NCBI RefSeq assembly: GCF_009914755.1
Contig: NC_060934.1
DNA: 64,000 bases
Source: the human T2T-CHM13v2.0 reference genome, Homo sapiens
Direction: 5' to 3' (one strand)
Below, piece by piece: positions 28,534 to 40,302 of the stretch; the stretch's first letter is position 1, and each line of letters opens with the position of its first letter. Under the pieces are notes generated by a model, which saw nothing but the letters and a program-made list of their open reading frames with translations, ran no database searches and was not told the origin of the DNA. A program made the translations under genes and the position numbers.

Positions 28534-28988
28534 GTTCACCTTTGTCAGACCTAGGCCTGGGGAGCAACTCAAAGTCACAGTAAAACCAAAAGGCCACCGC
28601 ACAGCCTGGCTCCTTCCAGCAACAGGGTGAGAGGGGCCCATTGCCTGTTCCGCCAGGGAAGCCCCAAATGTGTCATCCCTCCCTGACAGGGACAGCAGCC
28701 TAGGGCAGTCCTGAGTCCCTAACAAAATTAGGGAGCTGGAGGCCCAGGAAGCCTCAGGGTGAGGGCCTGGGGAGTGGCCCCCTTGCCTCAGAGACCACCG
28801 GGAGGGTATGTGGAGCCACAGAGCATGGGCACGACCACGGAGGTCGAGGAGGGCCTTGCTGGGTGATGGGGAGGGCACAGGCTGACTCTGGGCCCCAGAA
28901 CACCCACCCCACAGACTGGACAGTCATCCAAGGAACATTTAAAAGGCCAGTTGTGTGGCCACATGCCAGCCCAGTGTGCTGCTGCCCC

Positions 28989-29165
28989 GGGACAGCCCTC
29001 TGTGTGCAAATACCCCCACAGGTGACCCCAGCACAGCTCACTGTGCTGGAGTCCTCGGGGCAGCCCTCTGTGTACCCACACCCCCATGGGTGACCCTGAT
29101 ATAGCTTACTCAGCTACAACCCCAGGGACAGCCCTCTGTGTGCCAACTCCCCCACAGGTGATTCC
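28989..29165. repeat. Degenerate tandem repeat, about 68 bp x2.5
   Basis: cagccctctgtgt...cccca(c/t)(a/g)ggtga recurs three times at about 68-bp spacing. Confidence 0.7.
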
Positions 29166-29774
29166 GATACAAGGTTCTGGAGCCAGGACCAAGACTAGGA
29201 CATTAGTGAAATTCCCCACAGGAAACTCCACAGCCTCCAGGTTAAAGCCGTGTCTTCACAGCCTCAGCCCAGAACCTGGCAGCCAGAGGGCATCAAGGGT
29301 GCCTTAGTATCAAATCTAAGTTTCTGAAATATGATACAAAATTATTCACAATACAGAAAAACTAAAATACTAGCCATTTGAAAAGAGAAAAGCCATCAAA
29401 GGCACCACTCTCAAGATGACATAGACGTTAGAATCATCAAAGACTTTAAAACAGCTAAGATATCCATCTTCCATGAAGTAAGGCTAAATGCTCATAAAAT
29501 GAATGGCAAGATAGAAATTGTCAACAGAAAAATGTAAGCTACATTGAAGAACCAAATGGAAATTTTAGAACTTAAAAATATAATAATCGAAATAAAGAAT
29601 TCACTGGATGTCATTATAGCAGAATGGAGATGACACAGGAAATTATTGGTAAACTTGAAGACAAATCAATAGAAATTATCCAATCTGATTAAAAGAAAAA
29701 AAGACAAAGTCTCACGGCCTCTGAAAAACATCAAAAAGTCTAACATATTGTTGAAATCTCAGAATGAGGGAATA

Positions 29775-30174
<400 letters not shown>

Positions 30175-30805
30175 TTAGAGATTCAAGAATCTCAGTAAAT
30201 CCCAGATAAAATAAACTCAAAGAAAACCACACCGAGGCACATCATAATAAAATTACTGAAAACCAAAGATACAAAAAAAAAATTTAAGTAGAGTAAAGAC
30301 ATATTATGTATAGGGCACTACCAAACTGAATAACGGCAGATTTCTCATCAGAAATCGTGGGGGCCAGAAGACAGAGATGCAACCACTTAAAGTGCTGAAA
30401 GAAAAGAACTGTCAACCTAGGGTTCTACCTCCAGAGAAAGTATCCTTCAGAGATTAAAATAAAACAGAGACATTTTAAGAGAAACAAAGAGAATTTGTCA
30501 CCAGAAGACCTGCTCTAAAGAAATGCTAAAGGAAGTTCTTCAGAGAGAAGGAAAGGAATCCCAGAAGGAAGTGAAGCTTCAAGAATTACCCATTCAGGCT
30601 GTTTCCTCCTCTTACATACTTTAAAATATGTATGATTAAAAGAAATATACATGAGAAAAACCTTGCTCTGTGGAAATGTAGCTGTAATATATAAGGTAAC
30701 TACAAAACACAAAGGGAAGAGTAAAGGGCCTTACATGGCTATAAGGTTTCTACATTTCACTTAATGTGGTAAAATATTAATTTTCAGTAAACTTTGAAAA
30801 GATAA

Positions 30806-30870
30806 GTGTGTGTGTGTACATATACACATATATATGCGTGTATATATGCATGTGTGTATGTGTGTGTGTA
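30806..30870. repeat. Compound (TG)n/(TA)n microsatellite
   Basis: gtgtgtgt...atatat...gtgtgt. Confidence 0.85.
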
Positions 30871-31123
30871 GTTATCCCTAGACCAATCACTTAAAAACTT
30901 ACACAAGTAGATATAATTAAAAGCAAATAAGTACATTAAAATACAACGCAAAATAAATATTCAAATAACCCAAAATAAGGCAGGAAAATGGAAACAGAAA
31001 ACAAAGGCAAAGGAAATAAGTAGCACAAAAAATACAATAGTAGAGGTAAATCCAATGATCAATAATTATATTAAAATAAAATGGTCAAGAATACCAATTA
31101 AAAGACAGATATTGTCAAATTGA

Positions 31124-31396
31124 TTTTTTATTAGCTTTTGGAGTACAGGTGTTTTTTGGTTACATGGATGAATTCTATAGTGGTGAATTCTGAGATTTTA
31201 GTGCACCTTCCAGCTGAGCAGTGTATACTGTACCCAATATGTAATCTTTTACTCCTCACCCCCCTCCCAACCTGGTCCCCCAGCCTCCAAAGTCCATTAT
31301 ATCACTCTGTATGTTTTTATGTCCTCGTAGCTTAGCTCCCAGTTATAAGTGTGAACATACAGTATTTGTTTTTCATTCTTCAGATACTTCACTTCA
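31124..31396 (-). mobile_element. L1PB/L1MA-like 3' end inserted antisense in the L1M
   Basis: tttggttacatggatgaattctatagtggtgaattctgagattttagtgcacc...agcttagctccc. Confidence 0.8.
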
Positions 31397-31942
31397 GCCA
31401 ACTACATGCTGTCTAAAAGCCCACTTTAAATATGATGATACAGGTTAAAAGAAAAGGATTTTTAAAATATGATTAAAACACTAGTCAAATGAAAGCTGGA
31501 GTAGTTATATTAATATCACACAAAACAGAATTCAGAACAAGAAAAATTACCAGACACAACAAGACATATCACATGATCATAAAAAGCTCAATTCACTGAG
31601 AAGACATAGCAATTCTAAATGTATATATACCTAAGAACAGAGCTGCAAAATTCATGAAGCAAAAACTTATTGAACTGAAAGGAAAGATAGACAAATCTGA
31701 AATTATATTTTGAGATTTCAAAACTTCTCTCTCAGTGATCAATAAAACAAGTAAAGAGAAAAACAGCAAATATATAGAAAATTTGAACACCATCATCAAC
31801 CAACTTGACTGAACTGGCATTTATAGAACACATTATCCAGAAACAGCAAAATACAAACTCTTTTCAAGTGTACATAAAGCATTTGCCAAACTGCATTCTG
31901 GATCATAAAACAGCCACCACAAATTTAAAAGAATGGAAATTC

Positions 31943-32241
31943 AGCTGGGTCTGGTGGCTTATGCCTATAATTCCAGCACTTTGGGAGGCTAAGGCAGGCA
32001 GATTGCTTCAACTCAGGAGTTTGAGACCAGCTTGGGTAACATGGCAAAACCCTGTCTCTACAAAAAATACAAAAATTAGCCAAGTGTGGTGACACATGCT
32101 TGTAGTCCCAACTACTTGGGGGCCTGAGGCAAGAGGATCACTGCAGTCCAGGAAGTCAAGGCTGCAGTGAGCCGTGTTCATGCCACTGCACTCCAGCCAG
32201 GCGACAAAGTGAGACCTTGTCTCCAAAAAATAAAAATAAAA
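31943..32241 (+). mobile_element. AluJ (Jb-like)
   Basis: Diverged Alu dimer with an A tail; no recognisable TSD. Confidence 0.9.
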
Positions 32242-33029
32242 GAACACCTATATAAATGGAAAAACATACCATGATCATGGACTGGAATACTCGATTTAGT
32301 TAAGACATCAATTCTTCCCAAAATGATCTATAAATTTAATACAATTCCAAATGAACTCCCAATAAGATTTCTTATAGACATGCTGATGCTGCTTCTAAAA
32401 TTTATATATTTTTGAAAAAGAACAAAGCTGGCAGACTCACAATGCCATATTTTTACTTACTTTAAACATGACTGATTAAGATAGTGTAATGTTGGTGAAA
32501 GGGTAGACATATAGATCAATGGATCCGAATAGAGTCAAGAAATAGACCTACACACACGGTCAATCAATTTTGACAAAAGTGCAAAGACAATTCAATGGGG
32601 AAAGAATTGTGTTTTCAGCAAATATTTCTGGGAAATTTGAACACTTATACATACAAAAAATGAACTTCACCCTATATCTTACACCTTATACAAAAATTAA
32701 CTCAAAATAGATCATGGACTTAAGCATCATTTGAAAATCTATAATACTCTTAAAAGAGAAGATAGAAAAAAATATAACTTTTGAGGTTAGGCAAAAAGCC
32801 ATTGAATGAGACACCAAAAGCATAATCCCTATGAAGTTGGTAAACTGGACTTTGTCAAAATTAGAAATATCTACTCTTTGAAAGATACTGTTAAGAGAAC
32901 AAAAAGATAAGTCAGATGAGGCGAAAATATTTTCAAATCATATCTGATAAATAATTTGTATTCAGAATATATAAATAACTCTCTACCTCAATCATGAGAA
33001 ATCTAACAACCCAGGTATTCTTTTTATAT

Positions 33030-33161
33030 GTTTTTCTATTATAAACAGAGACAGAGTCTCACTTTGTCATCCAGACTGGTCTTGAACTCCTGGGCTCAAG
33101 CAATCCTCTTGCCTCGGCCTCCCAAAGTGTTGAGATTACAGGTGTGAGCCCCTGCGCCTGG
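33030..33161 (-). mobile_element. Alu monomer (FLAM-C-like)
   Basis: tcttgaactcctgggctcaagcaatcctc...cccaaagtgttgagattacaggtgtgagcc. Confidence 0.85.
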
Positions 33162-33857
33162 CACAGGTCTCTTTAATGGCAAAAAATTTAAACACATACT
33201 TTGCAAAGACGATACGCAGATAACAGAATAAGCACATAGACAGTGATGGTTTCTCTTGCCCTTTCACTGAAGACTGGCCTCCCAAGGCAATATAAGCAGT
33301 CCTGTGGTCTGCCGGTGCCTGCCCCGGTGTAGCCCCTCTGTCCCCAGATCCCCCCCAGTTGCTGTCCCTGCACATACATCCAAGCTGGCCGGGAAGCTCC
33401 TGCCACAGTGATGAAGGGGAAAGATTTATGCAAGTCCAGAGGCGTGGTACACAAGCTAAGCAGACGGACTTAAGCACCCACTTAAATGTCTGAAATGGCA
33501 TGCTCCTCTGTGGCCTTTTCTCTGACAAGCGGGATTTATGAGCTTGGGCAAAATACATCAGTAAGAAGGCCACGTTTGTAAAACATGGTTCCTTTGTTGG
33601 AGGACAGAACACTGGCGTCTGAATTCATAACACTCAAACTTCACCTGCCTGCTTCCTTCCCAGGGCTCCCACACTCCCGGCCACTCCTGTTCAGATACAG
33701 CTAGCTCCGTGGCTTGGCTCTCCCGGCCTTGAGCCCGCTGTGGTCTGTGAGCATAGGGACGTCCTGCAGCAGGCAGGGGACCTAAATCATCCTGTGCCAT
33801 GGTTCAGGCTCCCTGATCCCCTTGGAGCCAGCTGGTGAGTGGGGAGTCAGGTCCGGT

Positions 33858-34879
33858 TGTAGGGTCCAGCCCCACAGGGTCGGTGGGTCTTTTTCCCCAT
33901 GTGCAGAGACCAGAGAGTGTAAAAATAAATACACAAGACAAAGAGGTAAAAGACAAGACAGCTGGGCCCAGGGGATCACTACCACCAAGACGCGGAGACT
34001 GGTAGTGGCCCCAAATGCCAGGCTGCGCTAATGTTTATTGGATACAAGACAAAGGGGCAGGGTAAGGAGTGTGAGCCATCTCCAATGATAGGTAAGGTCA
34101 CGTGGGTCACGTGTCCACTGGATAGGGGGCCCTTCCCTGCCTGGCAGCTGAGGCAGAGAGAGACAGGGAGAGAGAGAGACAGCTTGCACTATTATTTCTG
34201 CACATCAGAGACTTTTAGTACTTTCACTAATTTGCTACTGCTATCTAAAAGGCAGAGCCAGGTGTACAGGGCGGAACATGAAGGCAGACTAGGGGCATGA
34301 CCACTGAAGCACAGCATCACAGGGACACAGTTAGGCCTCTGGAAAACTGTGGGCGGGCCTGACTGTGTGGGCCCTCCATCAATCAGGCCCTCCACAGGAG
34401 GTGGAGGAGCAGAGTCTTCTTTAAACCCCCCCCCGGGGAAAGGGAGACTCCCTCTCCCAGTCCGCTAAGTAGCGGGTGTTTTTCCTTGACACTGACGCTA
34501 CCACTAGACCATGGTCCGCTTGGCAATGGGCATCTTCCCAGACGCTGGCGTTACCGCTAGACCAAGGAGCCCTCTGGTGGCCCTGTCCTGGCACGACAGA
34601 AGGCTCACATTCTTGTCTTCTGGTCACGTCTCACTATGTCCCTTCAGCTCCTATCTCTGTATGGCCTGGTTTTTCCTAGGTTATGATTGTAGAGTGAGGA
34701 TTATTATAATATTGGAATAAAGAATAATTGTTACAAACTAATGATGAATGATATTCATATATAATCATATCTGTGATCTAGATCTAGTATAACTATTCTT
34801 ATTTTATATATTTTATTACACTGGAACAGCTCGTGCCCTTGGTCTCTTGCCTCGGCACCTGGCTGGCTTGCCGCCCACA
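33858..34879 (-). mobile_element. LTR13 solo LTR (HERV-K HML-4 family)
   Basis: Minus strand begins TGTGGGCGGCAAGCCAGCCAGGTGCCGAGGCAAGAGACC (LTR13 start) and ends ...GGACCCTACA; about 1.02 kb with TG...CA termini. Confidence 0.9.
34567..34582 (-). promoter_or_regulatory. CTCF core motif within LTR13
   Basis: Minus strand reads GGCCACCAGAGGGCTC, matching CCASYAGRKGGC. Confidence 0.6.
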
Positions 34880-34976
34880 TCCCATCAACCTTCTCTTGGG
34901 CAAATCAGCCACAAGCAGGGGCTGTGCCCAGGACACCAGGGAGCAACAAGGGCTTCCATCACTCCTGTAACAGGAA

Positions 34977-35335
34977 AACACACACACATACACACACATA
35001 CAAACACACAAACTGGCAACACACACCACACAGACACACACATGCACACATACCACACATACAGACACACACCACACACATGCACACACATGCACACAAA
35101 AACACACACATACCACACATACAGACACACACATGCACACACATACATACATGCAGACATACACACCACATACACACGCACACACATGCACACAAACACA
35201 AATACAGACAACACACACACCCACACCACACAACACACATACACAACACACATACCACACACATGCAAACACACGCAGAAACACACATACACAGACACAC
35301 ATACACGACACACATATAAGCACACATACACACTC
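34977..35335. repeat. Degenerate (CA)n-rich low-complexity tract
   Basis: Interrupted cacacacatac... with an internal duplicated block. Confidence 0.92.
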
Positions 35336-36240
35336 CAGATGTCCACAGGGGTGTGGGGCTGTCCCAGGCAAGCAAAGAGGCTTGGCCTTCACTGTGGGGC
35401 AGCTGAGCCCAGAGAAGAAGCCCCTTTCCCAGGGCCTCACCGCACACCCCGCGTGGGGCGTGGGAAATGCCTCACACTGCAGAGGCCTCGTTGGTGCCCT
35501 CCGGGTGTAGGGGCAGCACCTGTGATGTGCAGATAGCTCTCGGGACTAAATGGAGAAGGAGAGGATACGGAATTGCAGCCCAGCCTGACTCCCGCCACCA
35601 ATAAGCATGAGGCCACAGAGGCATCTCAGGAAACACGAGGAAGTCCTGAGCTGCCTGGCAGGCAGTCCCGCAGCCCTGCTTCCCCCTCCCCTCTGCTGTC
35701 ACCTCCTGTGGCACATGATGCAGATCAGGCTTCCGTGAGTTGAAGGGGAGCTGGGGAGGCTGGCCAGCCTTGAGCTCCGTGGGTCCTGGGCGAGAATGCA
35801 GTGTCGACATTGAGAGACGGCCATCGAGCTCAGGAACAATGAAATACAGCCGTCCCTCCACCCCGACACAGCCTGCACAGCACAGGGAAGGCCAGGCTCA
35901 AGTCCAGCTTCCTGCCTTGGTGTGGCAGCCTGAGGGGCACTGCCCACAGCCAGCCCCCGCCTTCCTCCCTGGCCCCACTCACCTGGAAGGACTCCTGTGC
36001 ATGTCCCTGCATGACAGCCCCGCGGCCACCCTCAGCCATGTGTGCACCGGTGCTGAGACACCTCCCTCCCTGGGAGGACAGACTCTGGGGAGCTCCATGC
36101 AGGCCCTGAAAGGGGCGTGGCCCACCGTGCAGGGCCTCCTGGGGTGCCAGGTGCCTGGAATGTGGCCTAGAGGGAGACGTGTGTGAGCGCTCGGTGGACA
36201 CAATGCCCCCAGTCTCGTGCCCTTTGAGATGGAGCCAGAG

Positions 36241-36848
36241 ATGGCCGGAGAGGGCCGGAGATGGCCACAGAGGGCCGGAGAGGGCAGGAGAGGGCCGGAG
36301 ATGGCCGGAGAGGGCCGGAGATGGCCAGAGAGGGCAGGAGAGGGCCGCAGAGGGCCGGAGAGGGCAGGAGAGGGCCGGAGATGGCCACAGAGGGCCGGAG
36401 AGGGCAGGAGAGGGCCGGAGAGGGCAGGAGAGGGCCGGAGATGGCCGGAGAGGGCCGGAGATGGCCAGAGAGGGCAGGAGAGGGCCGCAGAGGGCCGGAG
36501 AGGGCAGGAGAGGGCCGGAGATGGCCACAGAGGGCCGGAGAGGGCAGGAGAGGGCCGGAGATGGCCAGAGAGGGCAGGAGAGGGCCGCAGAGGGCCGGAG
36601 AGGGCAGGAGAGGGCCGGAGATGGCCACAGAGGGCCGGAGAGGGCCGGAGAGGGCCGGAGATGGCCAGAGAGGGCAGGAGAGGGCCGCAGAGGGCCGCAG
36701 AGGGCCACAGAGGGCCACAGAGGGCCGGAGAGGGCCGCAGAGGGCCAGAGAGGGCCGGAGAGGGCAGGAGTGGGCTGCAGAGGGCCGGAGAGGGCTGTAG
36801 AGGGCTGGAGAGGGCCAGAGAGGGCCAGAGAGGGCTGTAGAGGGCCAC
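36241..36848. repeat. Minisatellite, 10-bp unit, about 61 copies
   Basis: Units agggccggag/agggcaggag/atggccagag/atggccacag/agggccgcag in strict 10-bp register. Confidence 0.98.
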
Positions 36849-38699
36849 GCAGGCTCAAACTTGAGACCCACAGAGACAGAGCAGTCATGCGTGGAGAAGG
36901 CCTCCAGGCCACAGGCCCAGTCCTTCCCCTGTAGGTGGCGAGGGAGTGCCCCTTCTCCAGAGAGAAGATGATGCCACTCTGTCCTGACCCTCACCCACCT
37001 CCCCAGGTTGGGGTTCCAGTCCCTGCCCCACAGGGACAGCAGCCACCTGGATGGATCCCAGGGTTTCCCACTATGGGGGTCCAGAAAAGGTCAGCCTGTG
37101 ACCTCAGTGTTGGGCCTGGCGTGTCAGGTCCAAGGGGTCCCTGCCCAAAGCTGAGTCCCTGGGCTCTCAAGCACCAGAAAGGTGGGGACCAGGCTCCAGG
37201 GTGCAGTGCACTCTCTGGCCGTGGGCAGGCTTCTCAACACACTGTCCTGCACAGAAAGCGCCCCGGCCCTGTGGACAAGCCCAGCCCTCAGGATGTTTGG
37301 CATGGAGCCCGTTTAACATCTTCCTGGTTGTGACTTCCGTGGTGTATGCTCACCTGGGGCATCTGCAGCCAACCGGGGGCTCCTTGAGGCCTGGGCCCTT
37401 CCTGGCTGCACCCCCTCCCTCTGGCTTTGCACCCTCGTTCTCCTGTCTCCCCACCTCCTCCCCAACCCCACCCATGGCGACCTCTGCCATCGACAGCCTG
37501 GGGACCCAGCTCACCGGACCTATGGCCAGCAGGGCAGGGAGCTCAGACCTCACTCGTGGATCCTCAACCTCACTATAAAGAGACCAGATGCCATCCTAGG
37601 TGTGGGGTCAGCACAGCCCCCCGCTCAGGGCATCTCTCGGCCTTATAGCTGCCCCTGGCCATCCCCAAGGCCAGAAACCAAGGGGCCTGGGCCACTCTTT
37701 GGTGCCAGGCCACACCACAGGTCACAGCCAGCCAGGGGCCGCAGCTCACATCCACAGCAACCCAGGTTCTGACAGCTGCCCAGAGGGCTTGAGTGGGGAC
37801 AGGTCTGGCGGGCGAGGGTGGCACCCAGACACAGAGTTGGCACAGGCTCATCCATCCCCTACACCCAACACTCTGTGGCTCCAGCCCATGTAATCACTCG
37901 GGCTTTGCAAACATGTTTTCCGCTGCCCACAGAACTGATGTCCAACCAGGACGCATTCAGCCGCCTTTCTTCCAACCAGCTGCAGCCCCTGCAAAGTCAG
38001 AGCTAGCAACTTCAACCATGTCCCTGAACTCTGTCCTGTATGCACACCCCTTCAGCCCATTCCTGGTGTGTCTTCTCTGTTAGCCTGGGCAGGAAGAACC
38101 TCTACCTGAGCATGTGACTCCTTCCTGGGAGACACTTTAGATACATGAAATCTAGACATGTCAAACTCACGGCTTTGCGGCATGCACTGTCCCCAGTAAT
38201 TAGCCACTGCTGTGGGTGCATATTGAACGAGACACCAGTGAGGGCTCTGCACATTCTCTCACTAAACCCCTCTGAAGTCACCTTTCCCAGTTCACCAATC
38301 AGTCCACTGACTGGAGTCCACTGACTCCACCCAGATAGGCTACAAAATGGTCCCGGGTGTAAATCTAGGGCTGACCCTGGCATTTGAACCCCCCACCGTC
38401 TACCCCATGCTGCCTCCCCACTCATAAAACCCCCAGCTCCAGAGAGAGAAAGGTCCATGTTGGCCGGAGAACACTTGAGAGCAGGACCCCTGGGGACGGC
38501 ACAGTCGCTAGAGGCCGGGATTTCAGGGCCCTCAGTGGGCAGCACAGTCGCTGGAGGCTGGGACTGCGTTTATGAGACGGTCCCTCCCCAGGTAGGTCCA
38601 CACAGGTATCAGCCACAGAAGAAAGGTGTGCATATTTGGGTAGCTGAGGGGCCACACGGTGACTTCTGAGGCTGGGTTGTATGAGATGACGTTGCTTCT

Positions 38700-38982
38700 G
38701 TGTTGCTGGTAACTCTCATGCATGAGCTGCCAGGTGCGAGTCCGCCCCCACCGAGGCCGCCATGCAGTGAGGAGGCCACGCCACCCGGAGAAGCCGTGTG
38801 TGGACACCCCGCCAGCAGTCCTGAGCCCCAAGTCTTCCCAGTACAGGTTCCAGAACATGCTGGAGTAGACAAGCCACCCCCACTGCACCCTCAGCAAGTT
38901 TCTGACCTTCTGAACCAGAAAGCTCCATAAACTGACTGCTCGGTTCTGGGGTGATTTGTTACACAGCAGTCATAAGTGAAAT
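38700..38982 (+). mobile_element. Old MLT1 (H/J/K-like) LTR 3' remnant
   Basis: tttctgacc...ggggtgatttgttacacagcagt resembles an MLT1 3' end. Confidence 0.45.
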
Positions 38983-39203
38983 GCTGCCAGTGACCGCAAT
39001 GGTTTCATTTTTCCATTCTACACAAGAGAGCCAAAGCTTTGGGCAAGAGAGAGAAGACCAGAGAAGTAATCTCAACACGCGTGTTTCGTTTCCCTGTGCT
39101 AATGAGGACACACTTTCCTAGGGCAAGCCAACCACTCCACAGCTTCCTTCTTCCCTACTCGAAAGAGGGGAGTTAATGGCACTTACAGAAGCTACCACCC
39201 CTC

Positions 39204-39367
39204 TTCCCACCCTGGCTAAGATGGGCAGGTGGTGGCCCTGCTTTGCCATGTCAGCCGTCGGCTGCTCTGAATTCGGATTCACTCATTCCCACCCTGGCTA
39301 AGATGGGCAGGTGTTGGCCCTGCTTCGCCATGTCAGCCGTCGGCTGTTCTGAATTCAGATTCGTTCA
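39204..39367. repeat. Tandem duplication, 82 bp x2
   Basis: ttcccaccctggctaagatgggcagg at 39204 and 39286. Confidence 0.95.
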
Positions 39368-40126
39368 CAGGCTGCTGACGACAATGCGGCCTCCTCAGGG
39401 GTTTCTCGGGACTCCTGCTTACCCTGCTGTCCTGGAGAAGCCTTGGGCAGCCTGATATTGATGAGCCCCGTCTGCTCCTAAAAGCTACGCCTTCGAGCGG
39501 CTCGGAGAAGCGGGTGATGTGTGCAGCGTTTAGCAGAGCAGACCTTCCGTCGGCATTCAATGTAGAGAATGTTTGCTGCAATAAGCACAGCAAGACATGT
39601 TTCTTCAAGGATGTTTGACAGACAGTCTCTGGAGGCCATCTTCCCACATCACTTCTCCAGCAAAAAAATATGGTATTTATGTCTTTATTCTCAAAGAAGG
39701 AGATTTACTTTCTTAATAATGGAAATCTTGCCGTGATCGGGTTTTGTTGCTGGAATGAATGTCTCCACTTGTTGTGCCAATCCGCTGTGAGAGAGGTTTA
39801 ATTGATAACTTGAGATTTACCATCTCAAGCTATGAAACATCTGGGAAGCTTGAGAAACTCATGTTTTTATAGCCTTAAGGCTACTGGCAAGTTGATAAAC
39901 ATAAGATATGGATAATTTAAATGTTTAAGCATTTAATTACTAGTAAATGGGAGATGTTTGGTTTTATGTTGTGTAGCTGATTATTTCATAAGTTTTCATT
40001 TAAGCATCCGGTAACAGAAGCCGATTCTCGGTCTCTCAGCCTCGTTCCTTGGTGCCATTCTTTGGAAAGCAGCGCGCCAGGGAAGCCTGGGTGGGCCACA
40101 GCAGAATTCTACCCTCCGCCTCCAAC

Positions 40127-40302
40127 GTCTTGGGCAAGACCCTCATCACCCGGGCACATCCCGCCACCCTCCCCGTGGCCTCTGAGAGCGTCCGCGAGCA
40201 GCTCCGCAGGCCTCGTCCTGGGCAAGACCTTCATCACTGGGCACATCCCGCCACCCTCCCCGTGGCCTCTGAGAGCATCCAAGAGCAGCTCCGCAGGCCT
40301 CC
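40127..40302. repeat. Tandem duplication, 88 bp x2
   Basis: gggcaagacc...ggcacatcccgccaccctccccgtggcctctgagagc at 40132 and 40220. Confidence 0.95.

Noticed and set aside
33852-34885. 6-bp TSD for LTR13 (tccggt vs tcccat)
   Set aside because: Two mismatches in six bases; could be decayed but not supportable
34799-35536. His/Thr-rich and Cys/Val-rich ORFs resembling metal-binding proteins
   Set aside because: Translation of (CA)n low-complexity DNA
35830-36994. Overlapping 179-360 aa ORFs
   Set aside because: Artefacts of the 10-bp GC-rich minisatellite
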